Origin: Candidatus Eiseniibacteriota bacterium
GTDB taxonomy: Bacteria; Eisenbacteria; RBG-16-71-46; SZUA-252
Direction: 5' to 3'
NCBI GenBank assembly: GCA_003235575.1
Contig: QJVW01000094.1
Coordinates: 7,657-71,656 of the forward strand
Length of the DNA: 64,000 bases
Shown: positions 1 through 9,806 of the stretch, piece after piece
Layout of the letters: each line of letters begins with the position of its first letter
How positions within the stretch are numbered: position 1 is the stretch's first letter
Notes under the pieces: generated by a model
What the model was told of the DNA's origin: nothing
Seen by the model: only the letters and a program-made list of their open reading frames with translations
Database searches by the model: none
Made by a program: the position numbers and the translations under genes

Positions 1-614
1 ACGTCGTAGCGGTTTCGCCCCGGCCCGGTCCGGCGAACGCGGCGGATTACCTCGTCCATGGCCACGCGCCCCTCGTTGACGGCGTTCTTGATCAAGCCGC
101 GGCCCCCGAGCTCTCCGACGACGAAGAGGCCCGGCACGTTCGTCTCGAAGTGCGCTCCCAGCGATGGCACTTCGATCCGCTGGACGGCGTCGCCGGTGCT
201 GAGAAAGATCCCGCCCACCGGGCACGCCCGCACGCACGCGCCGTGACCCTTGCAGCGGTCGCGATCCACCGCGGCGATCCGTCCCTCGAGTCGGATCGCG
301 CCGGATTCCGGGCAGGCGTCGACGCACGCGCCGCAACCGACGCAGCTGTCCGCGCGGACCACGGCGTGCGCCGCGCCCTCGGTCGCGGATCCGGACGCCA
401 TCGGCGCGCCGACGATCTCGTACACCTGAAGGGGGACGCCGCAGGAAGGGCAGCGCTCGGCCCGAGGCTCGTGCTTCGCGCCGCAGCCCACGCAGCGAGC
501 GGCGTTCGCACCGGACGCCGGGTGGGTCCGGCGTCCCGTGGCGCGCAGGTGCCAGGCAACGCTGCCCGCGGTGATGAGACCGAAGAAGAGAAGTGTCAGC
601 CAGGATTCCATCAT
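1..614 (-). CDS. Membrane-anchored zinc-ribbon / ferredoxin / FAD-dependent (thioredoxin-reductase-like) oxidoreductase, truncated by the window edge
   Basis: Not in the ORF track; translated by hand from ATG 614: [21 protein letters not shown] (TM), CVGC...[28 protein letters not shown], then [27 protein letters not shown] (FAD-binding segment). The frame stays open to the window edge. Confidence 0.85.
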   Translation of the reverse strand, partial: MMESWLTLLFFGLITAGSVAWHLRATGRRTHPASGANAARCVGCGAKHEPRAERCPSCGVPLQVYEIVGAPMASGSATEGAAHAVVRADSCVGCGACVDACPESGAIRLEGRIAAVDRDRCKGHGACVRACPVGGIFLSTGDAVQRIEVPSLGAHFETNVPGLFVVGELGGRGLIKNAVNEGRVAMDEVIRRVRRTGPGRNRYD

Positions 615-618
615 CCGC

Positions 619-1551
619 CTACCGGAGCCAGGTTTGGCCCATGGCGATCGCGACGCCGACGTGGATCAGGACCGCGAGCAGGGCGGTGATCGAGACCGGG
701 CGGTGGGCGACGTGCCAGTAGCGGAAGACGCGCTGCGTGGCGTCCAGGACGCGGAGCTGCTGCGCGTACCGTATCTCGTCGCGCGCGAGCCGCAGCGCGC
801 GCTCGACCGCCCGACCGTCCACCTGCGCGCCATGCTCGGCAAGCGCGCGCCACCGACGCCGCAGCGCGCCCAGCATCCTCCATCGTGTCCAGTCGTCCGA
901 CACGAGACGGCGGAACGTGGCGGCGATGCCCCCCACCGAGCCCCCCGGATCCGCCGGCGCCAGCAGTTCCTCGATCTGGCGTGGATCCAGCCGAAGGGTC
1001 GCCGCGATCTCGGTCACCTGGGCCCGCCGCCGGGCGGCGACTTCGTCGCGGGTCAATTCGAGCCCGGCGCGTGAGCGGGGAATGCGGCCGTAGAGGTAAC
1101 GGCCGATGATGCCGCTGGCGCTGACGACGAGCATCGCCAGATAGCCCAGCCCGATCACGCCGCGAAACCGCCAGCCGGCGTGCACCGCGATCAGGAGCGG
1201 AAGAGAAAGGCCGACGACCGTGTGAATGCGCATCCAGTTCGCGACCGACCCCAGGCCGCGGATCGCACCCAACCACTTGCGCACGGGGTAGAGCCACATG
1301 AAGAGGAAGAGGGCGAGGCCGAGCACGCCGAACGCCTGCCCCACGTCGCCGGACGCCTTCAGGAGGCCGTGAAGCGGGTGGCGGACCCGGTCCGCGACCG
1401 TGGCGAAGTAGTAGGTGGCGCCCCACACGGTTACCGCCGCCGGGACGAAGAGCGCTACTCCCAGGGCCACGGCATCGGGCGAGACGGTACGAGCGGTCTC
1501 ATTCTGCCGTGCGGGGTACGTTGTCGTAGATTGCACAATGCTACTGCCCAT
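619..1551 (-). CDS. Integral membrane protein with conserved His residues, ferric-reductase/cytochrome b-like transmembrane domain
   Basis: Several TM helices; [38 protein letters not shown]. Start placed at ATG 1551 (GGAAGGA upstream) because the ORF-track start at 1650 lies inside the sigma54-like promoter. Confidence 0.7.
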   Translation of the reverse strand: MGSSIVQSTTTYPARQNETARTVSPDAVALGVALFVPAAVTVWGATYYFATVADRVRHPLHGLLKASGDVGQAFGVLGLALFLFMWLYPVRKWLGAIRGLGSVANWMRIHTVVGLSLPLLIAVHAGWRFRGVIGLGYLAMLVVSASGIIGRYLYGRIPRSRAGLELTRDEVAARRRAQVTEIAATLRLDPRQIEELLAPADPGGSVGGIAATFRRLVSDDWTRWRMLGALRRRWRALAEHGAQVDGRAVERALRLARDEIRYAQQLRVLDATQRVFRYWHVAHRPVSITALLAVLIHVGVAIAMGQTWLR

Positions 1552-1645
1552 GGCGGCACGTCCTTCCAGGTCGTTTGGCCATAAGAGGATGACAATCGAT
1601 GCACGTGAAATCGGCCGCGTGAGGTGGGGCTCTGCTACCAGGTGA

Positions 1646-1662
1646 TGCAACTGGCGTGCCTG
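1646..1662 (-). promoter_or_regulatory. sigma54 (RpoN) -24/-12 promoter candidate
   Basis: Minus strand reads CAGGCACGCCAGTTGCA: GG-N10-GC, close to the TGGCACG-N4-TTGCW consensus. Confidence 0.7.
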
Positions 1663-1764
1663 TAAGGAGTTCTACTGACATCCTGACAGGTAGAGTAGGG
1701 ACGGGTTGGGGCAGAGGCGGGGTACGGCGCTGTGCGGTTCCGGTCGTGACGCGGGGCTAGGCTA

Positions 1765-4284
1765 TTACTTGAGGAGGCTCATCTTTCGCGTTCGTCGTCC
1801 GCTGTCGGACACCAACTCGCACACATAGACCCCGGACCCGAGGGGCCGGCCAGCGTCGTCCCGTCCGTCCCACCGCGCCGTGTGCCGTCCGGCCGGCAAC
1901 ACGCCACGGACGAGCGTGCGCACCAGCGCGCCCCGGACCGAGTAGATCCGCAACGTCGCGCGCTCCGCGACGGGAAGCTCGAACGCGATTTCCGTCGCCG
2001 GGTTGAAGGGGTTTGGGCGGTTGCGCTGGAGCGCGAAATGCGGCGATGGACCGGGGACCGCGTCGAGTTCCGCCGCGGCCGGCGCCTGGATCGCGAAGAG
2101 CGAGTCCGAGAGTCCGACGACGGTGGAGGCTCCGACGCGCGCCGTGCCGCGCACTTTCGCCTGGAGCGTTCCCCACGCCGGTTCGACGAAGAAGGAGAGC
2201 GTCCGCGGCGGGCCGGGCGCGACGGCGAACAGGGTCCCGAGCGGCACCGTGTATGACGCCCCGCCGTCGGTCGACAGATCCAGCACGATCGAGTCCGCCG
2301 TGGCCCCGGTCATGACCACCGTCACGGAGTCGGTCTTTCCGGGCGGCATGAAGAAGCCCTTCGGCGGGTACGTGAACTGAAGGGTCGCAAGCGGCGCCAC
2401 CGCGGCGGCGGCGTTCAGCTTGCCGTAGCCCCAGGTGGTGTTCGGCACCGCGCCCGTGAACGCGTCGGTCGTCGCGGTCGCCTGAAGGCGGTTTCGAATC
2501 AGCGATGGCGTGCCGGAGGCCCACTCGGGCTGCGCCAGCATCAGCGCCACGGCGCCCGCGACGTGAGGAGCCGCCATGCTCGTTCCCGATTCCATGGCGT
2601 GAACGCCGTCGGTCACCACCACGTCGAGGGTGAAGGAGGCCGCCGCCGACCGCGCCGCGGCCACGCCGAGCCCCGGCGCGGAGAGATCCGGCTTCAGGCT
2701 GCCGTTGCGAAGGGGTCCCGTGCTCGAGTAGGGCGCGATCTGCCCGAGCGTGGGAATCGGGTTCCAGCAATGGGTCATCGCGTCGGCGGCATCCCAGCAG
2801 TCCTTCGTCGCGTGGGCCGCGACCGTGATGACGGAGTCCGCGCTACCCGGCGAGCCGATGACGCCGAACGGCGCGTTTCCGGTCGTCCAGAACGCGGCGG
2901 CGCCGTTCGAGCCGAGGACGTTGCCGAACAAGTACATGTCGACGACGCCGGGCGCCGCAAGCGTCACGGGCGTGAACCGGAACGTCCACGTGCCCGGCTT
3001 CGGGACGCGCGCCGACGACTGGTCGAAGATCTCGATGTAGATTTCGTGGTCTCCGTTGCTCGGGACGGTCGTCCCGTTGAACACGTGAATGAATCCGTCC
3101 CCGGAATCGAGCAGTTGATCCTGCGTCACGGAGACCGGTCCCACGACGTCGCCGCTCGGTGTCCGGACGGTGACATCGATTTCGTTGAGGCCCGAGTACC
3201 AACCCGAGAAGAGCAGGTAGTCGTTCGCGGTCCCGGAATTCTTCGTGTAGCTCGGGACGGTCAGTTGCATGGAGTCCGGCGCGGTGCCGGCGACCGTGAC
3301 GCGGCCGTGGATGTCGTCGTCCTGCTTGTTCCCGGCCGTGGTGACGACGATCTTTCCCGGACCCGTGAGCGCGCTGACCATCTTGTCGAAGGAGAAGGTG
3401 CCGTCATGCGGTCCCTCCTGAGAGCCAAGGCTCAGGTTCACGACGGCTTTCTTGCCGAGCGCCGCGGCGCGCACGAACACGTACTTGACGCCGTCCACGA
3501 TCGCCGTGGATGTGTAGAGGGTCTTGACCACGATGACGTCCGCTTTCGGCGCGACGCCGACGTAGGTGTGCGCGGGCTGCCCGTTTCCGGTCGCGAGGCC
3601 GTTTCCGGCGGCGATCGTGATGACGTGCGTCCCGTGTCCGTCGGTATCGGCCTCGACCGCCGTGCCCGCGTTGATGGCCGTGGAGTCCCACTCGGTGCCG
3701 TAGGTGAATCCCGCCGGCGTCGGTCCAGTCTCGTTGGACTGGTCCCACAGCGAGACGATGCGCGTCGTGCCGTCGGATCGTCTCAGGTCCGCGTGATCCA
3801 GGTCGACGCCGCTGTCCACGATGCCGATCACCACGCCTTCGCCCGTCTGCCCGGTGATGTCCATCGCGCCGACCGTGCGTAGCGAGGCGACGCCCGCGTC
3901 CGCAACGCTCAGGTCGAGGTGCGGCTCGCAGCGCGTGGCGACCTCGACCCGTTCCAGCCCCGGCGTTTCGAGCAACGCGCCGAGGAGTCCGATGGGGCAG
4001 CGTGCCGTCATCCATCCGCCGGCCACCGTATTGATCTCGATGCCGCGCGCACGGAGGAGCCCGGGCGCGACCGTGCCCTCGATCATCAGGTCGACCATCA
4101 GGGAGCCGTCGGACCGGCGTGAAAGGAACCGCGCGTCCATCGCGGCATCCGGTCGAACGTGGCGAAGCGCGGGAGAGACGGACTTCGGGGTGGCCCTGGC
4201 ATGGGTCGCCGGTAGCGCGACGCCCAGAATGCCCGAAAGCGCCGCGACGATCGCGAGGACGCGGAGATGTCGGCACGAGTGCAT
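1765..4284 (-). CDS. Secreted S8 subtilisin-family serine peptidase with a large insertion in the catalytic domain and a C-terminal FlgD-Ig-like domain
   Basis: Signal peptide; catalytic IVDSG, GHGTHV and GTSMAAPHVAG; about 170-aa insert (Csp-like); C-terminal NRPNPFNPATEIAF...WDGRDDAG...GSGVY...KMSLLK. Confidence 0.92.
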   Translation of the reverse strand: MHSCRHLRVLAIVAALSGILGVALPATHARATPKSVSPALRHVRPDAAMDARFLSRRSDGSLMVDLMIEGTVAPGLLRARGIEINTVAGGWMTARCPIGLLGALLETPGLERVEVATRCEPHLDLSVADAGVASLRTVGAMDITGQTGEGVVIGIVDSGVDLDHADLRRSDGTTRIVSLWDQSNETGPTPAGFTYGTEWDSTAINAGTAVEADTDGHGTHVITIAAGNGLATGNGQPAHTYVGVAPKADVIVVKTLYTSTAIVDGVKYVFVRAAALGKKAVVNLSLGSQEGPHDGTFSFDKMVSALTGPGKIVVTTAGNKQDDDIHGRVTVAGTAPDSMQLTVPSYTKNSGTANDYLLFSGWYSGLNEIDVTVRTPSGDVVGPVSVTQDQLLDSGDGFIHVFNGTTVPSNGDHEIYIEIFDQSSARVPKPGTWTFRFTPVTLAAPGVVDMYLFGNVLGSNGAAAFWTTGNAPFGVIGSPGSADSVITVAAHATKDCWDAADAMTHCWNPIPTLGQIAPYSSTGPLRNGSLKPDLSAPGLGVAAARSAAASFTLDVVVTDGVHAMESGTSMAAPHVAGAVALMLAQPEWASGTPSLIRNRLQATATTDAFTGAVPNTTWGYGKLNAAAAVAPLATLQFTYPPKGFFMPPGKTDSVTVVMTGATADSIVLDLSTDGGASYTVPLGTLFAVAPGPPRTLSFFVEPAWGTLQAKVRGTARVGASTVVGLSDSLFAIQAPAAAELDAVPGPSPHFALQRNRPNPFNPATEIAFELPVAERATLRIYSVRGALVRTLVRGVLPAGRHTARWDGRDDAGRPLGSGVYVCELVSDSGRRTRKMSLLK

Positions 4285-4346
4285 GGCAGGTCCTCAGGGC
4301 GCCCGCGGGCGGGGATGAACAGCCTAGCTTAGCCTCATAATTTTGA

Positions 4347-4363
4347 AGCATCGGGCGTGCCTG
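4347..4363 (-). promoter_or_regulatory. sigma54 -24/-12 promoter candidate upstream of the S8 peptidase
   Basis: Minus strand reads CAGGCACGCCCGATGCT (GG-N10-GC); shares CAGGCACGCC with the site at 1646-1662. Confidence 0.55.
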
Positions 4364-4383
4364 TGGCAAGCCCCGTGGGGCGG

Positions 4384-5445
4384 CTATAAACCCTTCAGCG
4401 CTTTCAGCGTAGCGGCCCTGGCCGGCAGGCGCTGGACGCCGGCGGCGGTTGCCCAGCGCGCATTCCCCCCATGCTGGTCGGACCCAGCCGCGACCTCCCA
4501 GACTTCGATCGTGTAGTCGTGCGAGTACGTGCGGTGACGGATCGTTCGGAGCGGGCCGCGCGGTGGATCCAGCACGCCGTTCGCTCGAGCCAGGAACGTG
4601 GCGGCGCGGCGGGCGGCGGGCGGCCGAGATACGGCCATGCTGGGCGGGGCGACGGTCGCGCCGCCGTCGGCGGGATCGGGCAGCAGCAGCACGCGACGAC
4701 CGCGCCGCACCAAGAGCATCACGCGATGCTCCTTGCGCGGAGTCTGTAGCCCCGCCGCCTCGGGGTAGCGGTCGGGGCGGCCGCTGCGTCGCGCGCGGCA
4801 CCATCGCTCGACGGGACAACGCTCGCAGAGCGGATCCCGCGCGAGGCATACCGTCGCGCCCAATTCCATCAGGGCCTGCGTCCAGTCTCCGGGTCGCGGT
4901 CCCGGCGCCAGCGCCTCCGCCCGCGCGGTCACCGCACGGCGGAGCGCCGGATCGTCGCGCCGGCCCTTTCGGCCATCCCAGCGCGCGATCACGCGGACGA
5001 CGTTCCCATCGACCGCGGCGGCCGGTACGCCGAAGGCGATGCTCGCGATCGCCGCGGCCGTGTAGGCGCCGATGCCCGGAAGGGCCCGCAGCCCGTCGAG
5101 GGATTGCGGCACCGCCCCGGCGTGCTCCCTGACGACGAGGCGCGCTCCACGATGAAGGTTGCGGGCGCGCCGGTAATAGCCGAGGCCCGACCATGCCGTC
5201 AGGACCGCCGTCTCCCGCGCGCGGGCCAGCGCGCCAACCGTCGGAAAGCGCGCGAGGAACCGTTCGAAGAACGGGATCACCGTCTCCACGCGCGTCTGTT
5301 GCAGCATGATCTCGCTCACCCAGATCGCGTACGGATCCCGCGTGCGCCGCCACGGAAGGTCGCGGTGATGGACGCGGTACCAGCGGAGAAGCGCGGCGCG
5401 GCGGGCCGCGTCGTCGCGGTCGGACCGCCGGCGGGTCGGCGTCAC
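4384..5445 (-). CDS. mutY: A/G-specific adenine DNA glycosylase
   Basis: RDLPWRRTRDPYAIWVSEIMLQQT, WSGLGYYRRARNLH, HhH LPGIGAYTA, VDGNV, Fe-S motif C-X6-C-X2-C-X5-C. GTG start overlaps the hpnE stop (GTGA). Confidence 0.95.
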   Translation of the reverse strand: MTPTRRRSDRDDAARRAALLRWYRVHHRDLPWRRTRDPYAIWVSEIMLQQTRVETVIPFFERFLARFPTVGALARARETAVLTAWSGLGYYRRARNLHRGARLVVREHAGAVPQSLDGLRALPGIGAYTAAAIASIAFGVPAAAVDGNVVRVIARWDGRKGRRDDPALRRAVTARAEALAPGPRPGDWTQALMELGATVCLARDPLCERCPVERWCRARRSGRPDRYPEAAGLQTPRKEHRVMLLVRRGRRVLLLPDPADGGATVAPPSMAVSRPPAARRAATFLARANGVLDPPRGPLRTIRHRTYSHDYTIEVWEVAAGSDQHGGNARWATAAGVQRLPARAATLKALKGL

Positions 5446-6764
5446 GCGATGCGTTCGGCCGCGCGATGCCCGCTGATCACGGCGCTTTCGATGGTGGCCG
5501 GCAGGCCGGTATCGGTCCAATCGCCGGCAAGGTAGAGACCGGCAACGGCCGTCTCGGCGCCGGGTCGATGCGCCTGGACCATCGGCGTGGAGCGGATGGT
5601 CGCGCGGCGTTCCTTGAACACCCGCGCGTCCAGAACGCGGGCATCGCGCGCCGCGGAAAACGCCTCGCGGAGTTCGGCGGTCGTCTCCGACGCGATCACG
5701 GCGACGTCGCGCGTCGTATCGGCGAAGGCGGCGCTTCGAATGGTGCCGACCTGGTGACGGCCCGGCACGCGGCTCCCGCGATCGAACGCCCACTGGGTCG
5801 CGGTTCCGATCATGCCGATGAACCGCGAAGGAAGCACCGGTCGGTCGAACGTGTGCACCGTGGAGACGATGGGCGCCCATGGCGTCGCCACCACGTGCCG
5901 GTAGGGGGCGAGAAGCTCGGAGCCCAGCATCCATCCGAACCGTTCGTGCGGCACGGCGAGCACGACCGCGCCGGCGTCGAGGTGCTGCCCACCCAGCAGG
6001 GAGACGCCGGCAACGCGGCCGTTCGCGACGCGCACGCCGAGCGCGGTCGTGCGAAACCGGACCGCGCCGCCCCGCGCCGTGAGATACGGCTCGAACCCCG
6101 CGAGCAGCTCCCCGAGGCCCCGCCTCGCCAGGGCCAGGCCGCTCTTCGGAGCGGGCGCGCCGAGGAGTTGATCGAGCACGCGGGCGAACAGGAGCGCCGA
6201 TCCGTCCTCGGGACTCTCGTTGAGGGCCGCGATGGCCAGGGGTTCCAGAACGGTTCGAAGATCCTTCGCGTCGCCGATGCCCTGGCGGCCCGACAGCCAT
6301 TCGGCGACGGTGAGCGACTCGGCCGCTTCCGGGGAGGCGAGAAGCGCCTTGACCTTGTCACGGAGCGCGAACGCCGCGATGCGTCCGGCCCCGGAGAGGC
6401 GCGAGCAGGAGCCGATGGCCGCCAACCAATGGAACGGCGCGGGGAGGTTCGGCGCGGAGAGGGCGTAGGCGCCGAACCCGCGCTCCCAGAAGTGAATCCG
6501 CAGCGTGGCGTCCGCGTGGAGGGCGCCGCGGGTCCCGAGCCGGTCGAGCAAGCGGAGCGTTTCGCCGTAGAAGGAGCCGAGGACGTGCTGCCCGTTGTCG
6601 CGGACCTCGCCGGTGCGCGGGTCGGTCCAGGAAGCCGCGCGTCCTCCGACGCGCTGCCGCGTCTCGATCACGGTGACGCGGGCGCCCCGCTCCGCGAGCG
6701 CGGTGGCGGCCGCGACGCCGGCGAAGCCGGCGCCGACCACCAAGACGTCCGGCGCGCCCGCCAT
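5442..6764 (-). CDS. hpnE: Hydroxysqualene dehydroxylase (FAD-dependent)
   Basis: VVGAGFAG Rossmann motif, GGRAAS, DNGQHVL, LAGDWTDTGLPATIESAVISG; follows hpnC and hpnD. Confidence 0.88.
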   Translation of the reverse strand: MAGAPDVLVVGAGFAGVAAATALAERGARVTVIETRQRVGGRAASWTDPRTGEVRDNGQHVLGSFYGETLRLLDRLGTRGALHADATLRIHFWERGFGAYALSAPNLPAPFHWLAAIGSCSRLSGAGRIAAFALRDKVKALLASPEAAESLTVAEWLSGRQGIGDAKDLRTVLEPLAIAALNESPEDGSALLFARVLDQLLGAPAPKSGLALARRGLGELLAGFEPYLTARGGAVRFRTTALGVRVANGRVAGVSLLGGQHLDAGAVVLAVPHERFGWMLGSELLAPYRHVVATPWAPIVSTVHTFDRPVLPSRFIGMIGTATQWAFDRGSRVPGRHQVGTIRSAAFADTTRDVAVIASETTAELREAFSAARDARVLDARVFKERRATIRSTPMVQAHRPGAETAVAGLYLAGDWTDTGLPATIESAVISGHRAAERIA

Positions 6765-6775
6765 GGCCCGCGCGC

Positions 6776-7669
6776 TCAGCGGCCGAGCCGGATCGCGGCG
6801 GCGGTCGTGGCCGCGATCCAGACGCGCTCGAGACGCGGCACGCGGATTTCGCGCGCGAAGACGTCGTAGCCGGACGCCTCGATCCGCTCCAGCAGACGGT
6901 GGTAGACGCGGCCCATGATTTCCGCGGCCACGTAGCGGCGCCGATCCAGGGTCCGCATCTCGCGCTCCGCCGCGTCGAAGTACGTGCGCGCGCGGTCCGC
7001 CTGGTAGCGCAGGAGCCGGACCGTCTCCTCGGTCCGCTCTCCCCGGAGGATCGTCTCCTCCGGGACGCCGAAGCGCTCACGCTCGTCGGCGGGAAGGTAG
7101 ATGCGCCCGCGCGCCGCGTCCGTGCCGACGTCGCGGAGGATGTTCGTCAACTGAAGCGCCAAGCCCAGCGACTCGGCATACGCGCGCGCCCGCTCCTCCT
7201 CGTCTCCGAAGACATGCAGGCAGATGAGCCCAACGACCGAGGCGACGCGGAAGCAGTATCCGCGCAGCGCCGCGAAGGTGTCGTAACGCTCGTGATCCAG
7301 GTCCATCTCCACGCCCTCGACGAGTTCCTCGAGGTACCGGAGCGGAATTCCGAATCGCCGGACGTGCGGCGCCAGGGCGATGCTTTCCGGCTCCCGTGGC
7401 AGTCCCTCGGCCAGGGCGGCCACGTCCCGCCGCCACGCCTCGATCCTGTGCCGGGCCCGATCGGGATCGGGCTCCTCGTCGACGGAATCGTCCACCGCGC
7501 GGCTCCAGGCGTGGATGGCGCGAATGGCGTCCCGCTGTTCGCGCGGCAGAAGCACGAAGGCCACGCCGAACGTCGTGCTTCGCGTCGGCGCGGGGGCGCG
7601 CCGGTCGGCGACCGGGGCGCCGTCGGGACCCGGCGGCTCGATCACGGGGGCTTCGAGCGGCGGCGTCAC
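6776..7669 (-). CDS. hpnD: Presqualene diphosphate synthase (squalene/phytoene synthase family)
   Basis: VDDSVD, GVEMDL, YCFRVASVVG, LGLALQLTNILRDVGTDAARGRIYLP. GTG start overlaps the hpnC stop. Confidence 0.88.
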   Translation of the reverse strand: MTPPLEAPVIEPPGPDGAPVADRRAPAPTRSTTFGVAFVLLPREQRDAIRAIHAWSRAVDDSVDEEPDPDRARHRIEAWRRDVAALAEGLPREPESIALAPHVRRFGIPLRYLEELVEGVEMDLDHERYDTFAALRGYCFRVASVVGLICLHVFGDEEERARAYAESLGLALQLTNILRDVGTDAARGRIYLPADERERFGVPEETILRGERTEETVRLLRYQADRARTYFDAAEREMRTLDRRRYVAAEIMGRVYHRLLERIEASGYDVFAREIRVPRLERVWIAATTAAAIRLGR

Positions 7670-8565
7670 CCGTCGAACCCCAGGAACGCCGCGAGCGCGA
7701 CGCGCGCCCGGCTCCATCCGCTCAGGGACGGGCGTCGGTGGATCACGCGCCAGCCGCGCCGCGCGACCGCGCGCAGGATCGAGCGACCGCCAAGCACGGT
7801 GGCGCGCAGTTGGATCGAAAGCGGGAACGGCGTCACGCGGCAGACCAACCGCCCCTGTTCGAAGAGCTTGTCCGTCGCGTTGCATTCGTGGAGCAGGAGG
7901 CGCGTCAGGCGCGGCCGCGACGCCGCCGCGGTGAGCGTCTCCACCTCCAGGTCGAATCGCCGCAGGTCCTCGAGGGGGATGAAGACGCGACCCCGTTCGA
8001 GGTCGCGGCCAAGGTCCTGCCACATGTTCGTCAATTGCAGCGCCGTGCAGAGCGCGTCCGAGGCGCGGATCGTTTCCGGGTCGTCGATGTCGTGCAGCGC
8101 CAGAACCAGGCGGCCGATCGTGTTCGCGCTGCCGCGGCAGTACGCGAGCAGATCGTCCCACACCGCGTATCGGGTGTTCCGGGCGTCGTCGCGAAAGGCG
8201 GCGAGCAGATCGAAGAACGGCTCGGCGGGAAGGGTGAATCGATCGACGGCGTCCGCCAGCGCCGTGAGGAGCGGTCCGCGCGGAGTTCCGTCCAGCGCCG
8301 CGATCAGGGCGGCCTCGATCCGGTCCAGGGCCGCCAGCCGGTGCTCGGACGGAGCGTCGGCGTCGGCCACGTCGTCGGCGGTCCGCGCGAAGGCGTAGAT
8401 CGCCGCGAGGGCGAGCCGCCGCTCGGCTCCCAGCAGCCGCATGGCGACGGGGAAGTTCTCCGCGTGCGCGCGCACGATGGCGTCGCACACGGCGTAGGCC
8501 TCGTGGAGCGGAACCGGCTCTCCCTCGAACTCGGGATGTTCGATGTTCCGGGCGGGCGTCGACAT
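7666..8565 (-). CDS. hpnC: Squalene synthase HpnC (hydroxysqualene synthase)
   Basis: HAENFPVA, YAFARTADDVAD, YCRGSANTIGRLVL, ALQLTNMWQD. This is the C-terminal part of ORF 7666..10494; ATG at 8565 follows GAGGAG. Confidence 0.88.
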   Translation of the reverse strand: MSTPARNIEHPEFEGEPVPLHEAYAVCDAIVRAHAENFPVAMRLLGAERRLALAAIYAFARTADDVADADAPSEHRLAALDRIEAALIAALDGTPRGPLLTALADAVDRFTLPAEPFFDLLAAFRDDARNTRYAVWDDLLAYCRGSANTIGRLVLALHDIDDPETIRASDALCTALQLTNMWQDLGRDLERGRVFIPLEDLRRFDLEVETLTAAASRPRLTRLLLHECNATDKLFEQGRLVCRVTPFPLSIQLRATVLGGRSILRAVARRGWRVIHRRPSLSGWSRARVALAAFLGFDG

Positions 8566-8672
8566 GGGTCTCCTCGCGTCCGCGCCGGCAACCGGCGCGC
8601 CGACGGCCAGTACATCACGCGGGCCTTGGGGCGTCAAGGCGGCCGCGCGGGGCGGAAGCCCGCGCGCAGCGT

Positions 8673-9776
8673 CTACTGCACGCGCCGTCGCCGGTTCTGA
8701 CTGTAGTCGACGAAGAGGTAGGAGCCGAGCGAGTCGAGGTCGGAGTAGTAGGCGCGCCCCTTGTTCAGCTGCGTGAACCGTTCCACGAACCGAACCAGGT
8801 ACGGGTCCTGCGTCACCATGAAGGTCGTGACCGGGATCTTCTTGCGGCGGCACTGGACGGCCTCGTCCAGGGTCTTGTTCACGATCTTCGGGTCGAGGCC
8901 GAACGCGTTCTTGTAGAGCCGGCCGTTCTCGTGGATCGCGGACGGCTTCCCGTCGGTGATCATGAAGATCTGCTTGTTCACGTGCTTCTGCCTTCCGAGA
9001 ATCTTCTGCGCCAGCTGCAGCCCCGCCTTCGTGTTCGTGTGGTACGGCCCCACCGAGGCGTAGGGGATGTCGCGCACCTTCACCTCCCACGCATCGTCTC
9101 CGAAGAGCGCCACGGCGATCGAATCCTTGGGGTAGCGCGTCATGATCAGCTCGGAGAGCGCCAGCGCCGCCTGTTTGGCCGGCGTGATGCGATCCTCGCC
9201 GTAGAGGATCATCGAGTGGCTGACGTCGATCAGGACGACCGTGGCGCAGGAGGAGAGGCTTTCCGTCTCGAAGACCTCCAGGTCTTCCTCGGAAAGCGAG
9301 GAGCCATCGGCGCCCGGCTCCCCCCCGGCTCGGCGCATGGAATTGCGGACGCTGGAGAGGAAATCGATATCGGCGATTGAATCGCCGAACGCGTAGGGGC
9401 GCGTTTCGGAGATCTTCTCTCCTCCGGATCCGGTGCGGGGGACGCGGTGCTCGCCTGCCGAATCGCGCGCGAGGTCCGAGAAGATCCGTTCCAGGGAGTC
9501 CTTCCGGATCATCCGCTCGCCCGTTCGGGTGAGAACCGTCTTGCCGTCCACGTCCCGAATCGCGTCCTGTTCGCGGAGCCGCTTCTTGAAGTCCTCCAGC
9601 GTGAACTTCTCGTTGAAGAACCCGAAACGTTCGCCCAGTTCCTCCATGGCCTGGAGCGCTTCGTCCACGTTTCCGTCGGTCATGAGGAGCAGGCGGTTGT
9701 AGAGCGACAGGAGATTCTTCAGGAAGTTCATGTCCCGAAGCATCGTGTCGTCCCATTGCGAGTACCGGAAATCCAT
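8673..9776 (-). CDS. VWA (MIDAS) domain protein, partner of the ChlI-like ATPase
   Basis: MIDAS DVSHSM, YHTNT, MITDGKPS; N-terminal FRYSQWD. Confidence 0.85.
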   Translation of the reverse strand: MDFRYSQWDDTMLRDMNFLKNLLSLYNRLLLMTDGNVDEALQAMEELGERFGFFNEKFTLEDFKKRLREQDAIRDVDGKTVLTRTGERMIRKDSLERIFSDLARDSAGEHRVPRTGSGGEKISETRPYAFGDSIADIDFLSSVRNSMRRAGGEPGADGSSLSEEDLEVFETESLSSCATVVLIDVSHSMILYGEDRITPAKQAALALSELIMTRYPKDSIAVALFGDDAWEVKVRDIPYASVGPYHTNTKAGLQLAQKILGRQKHVNKQIFMITDGKPSAIHENGRLYKNAFGLDPKIVNKTLDEAVQCRRKKIPVTTFMVTQDPYLVRFVERFTQLNKGRAYYSDLDSLGSYLFVDYSQNRRRRVQ

Positions 9777-9806
9777 GTCGGGGTCCGTCGGCGGCGACGC
9801 CGGCGC

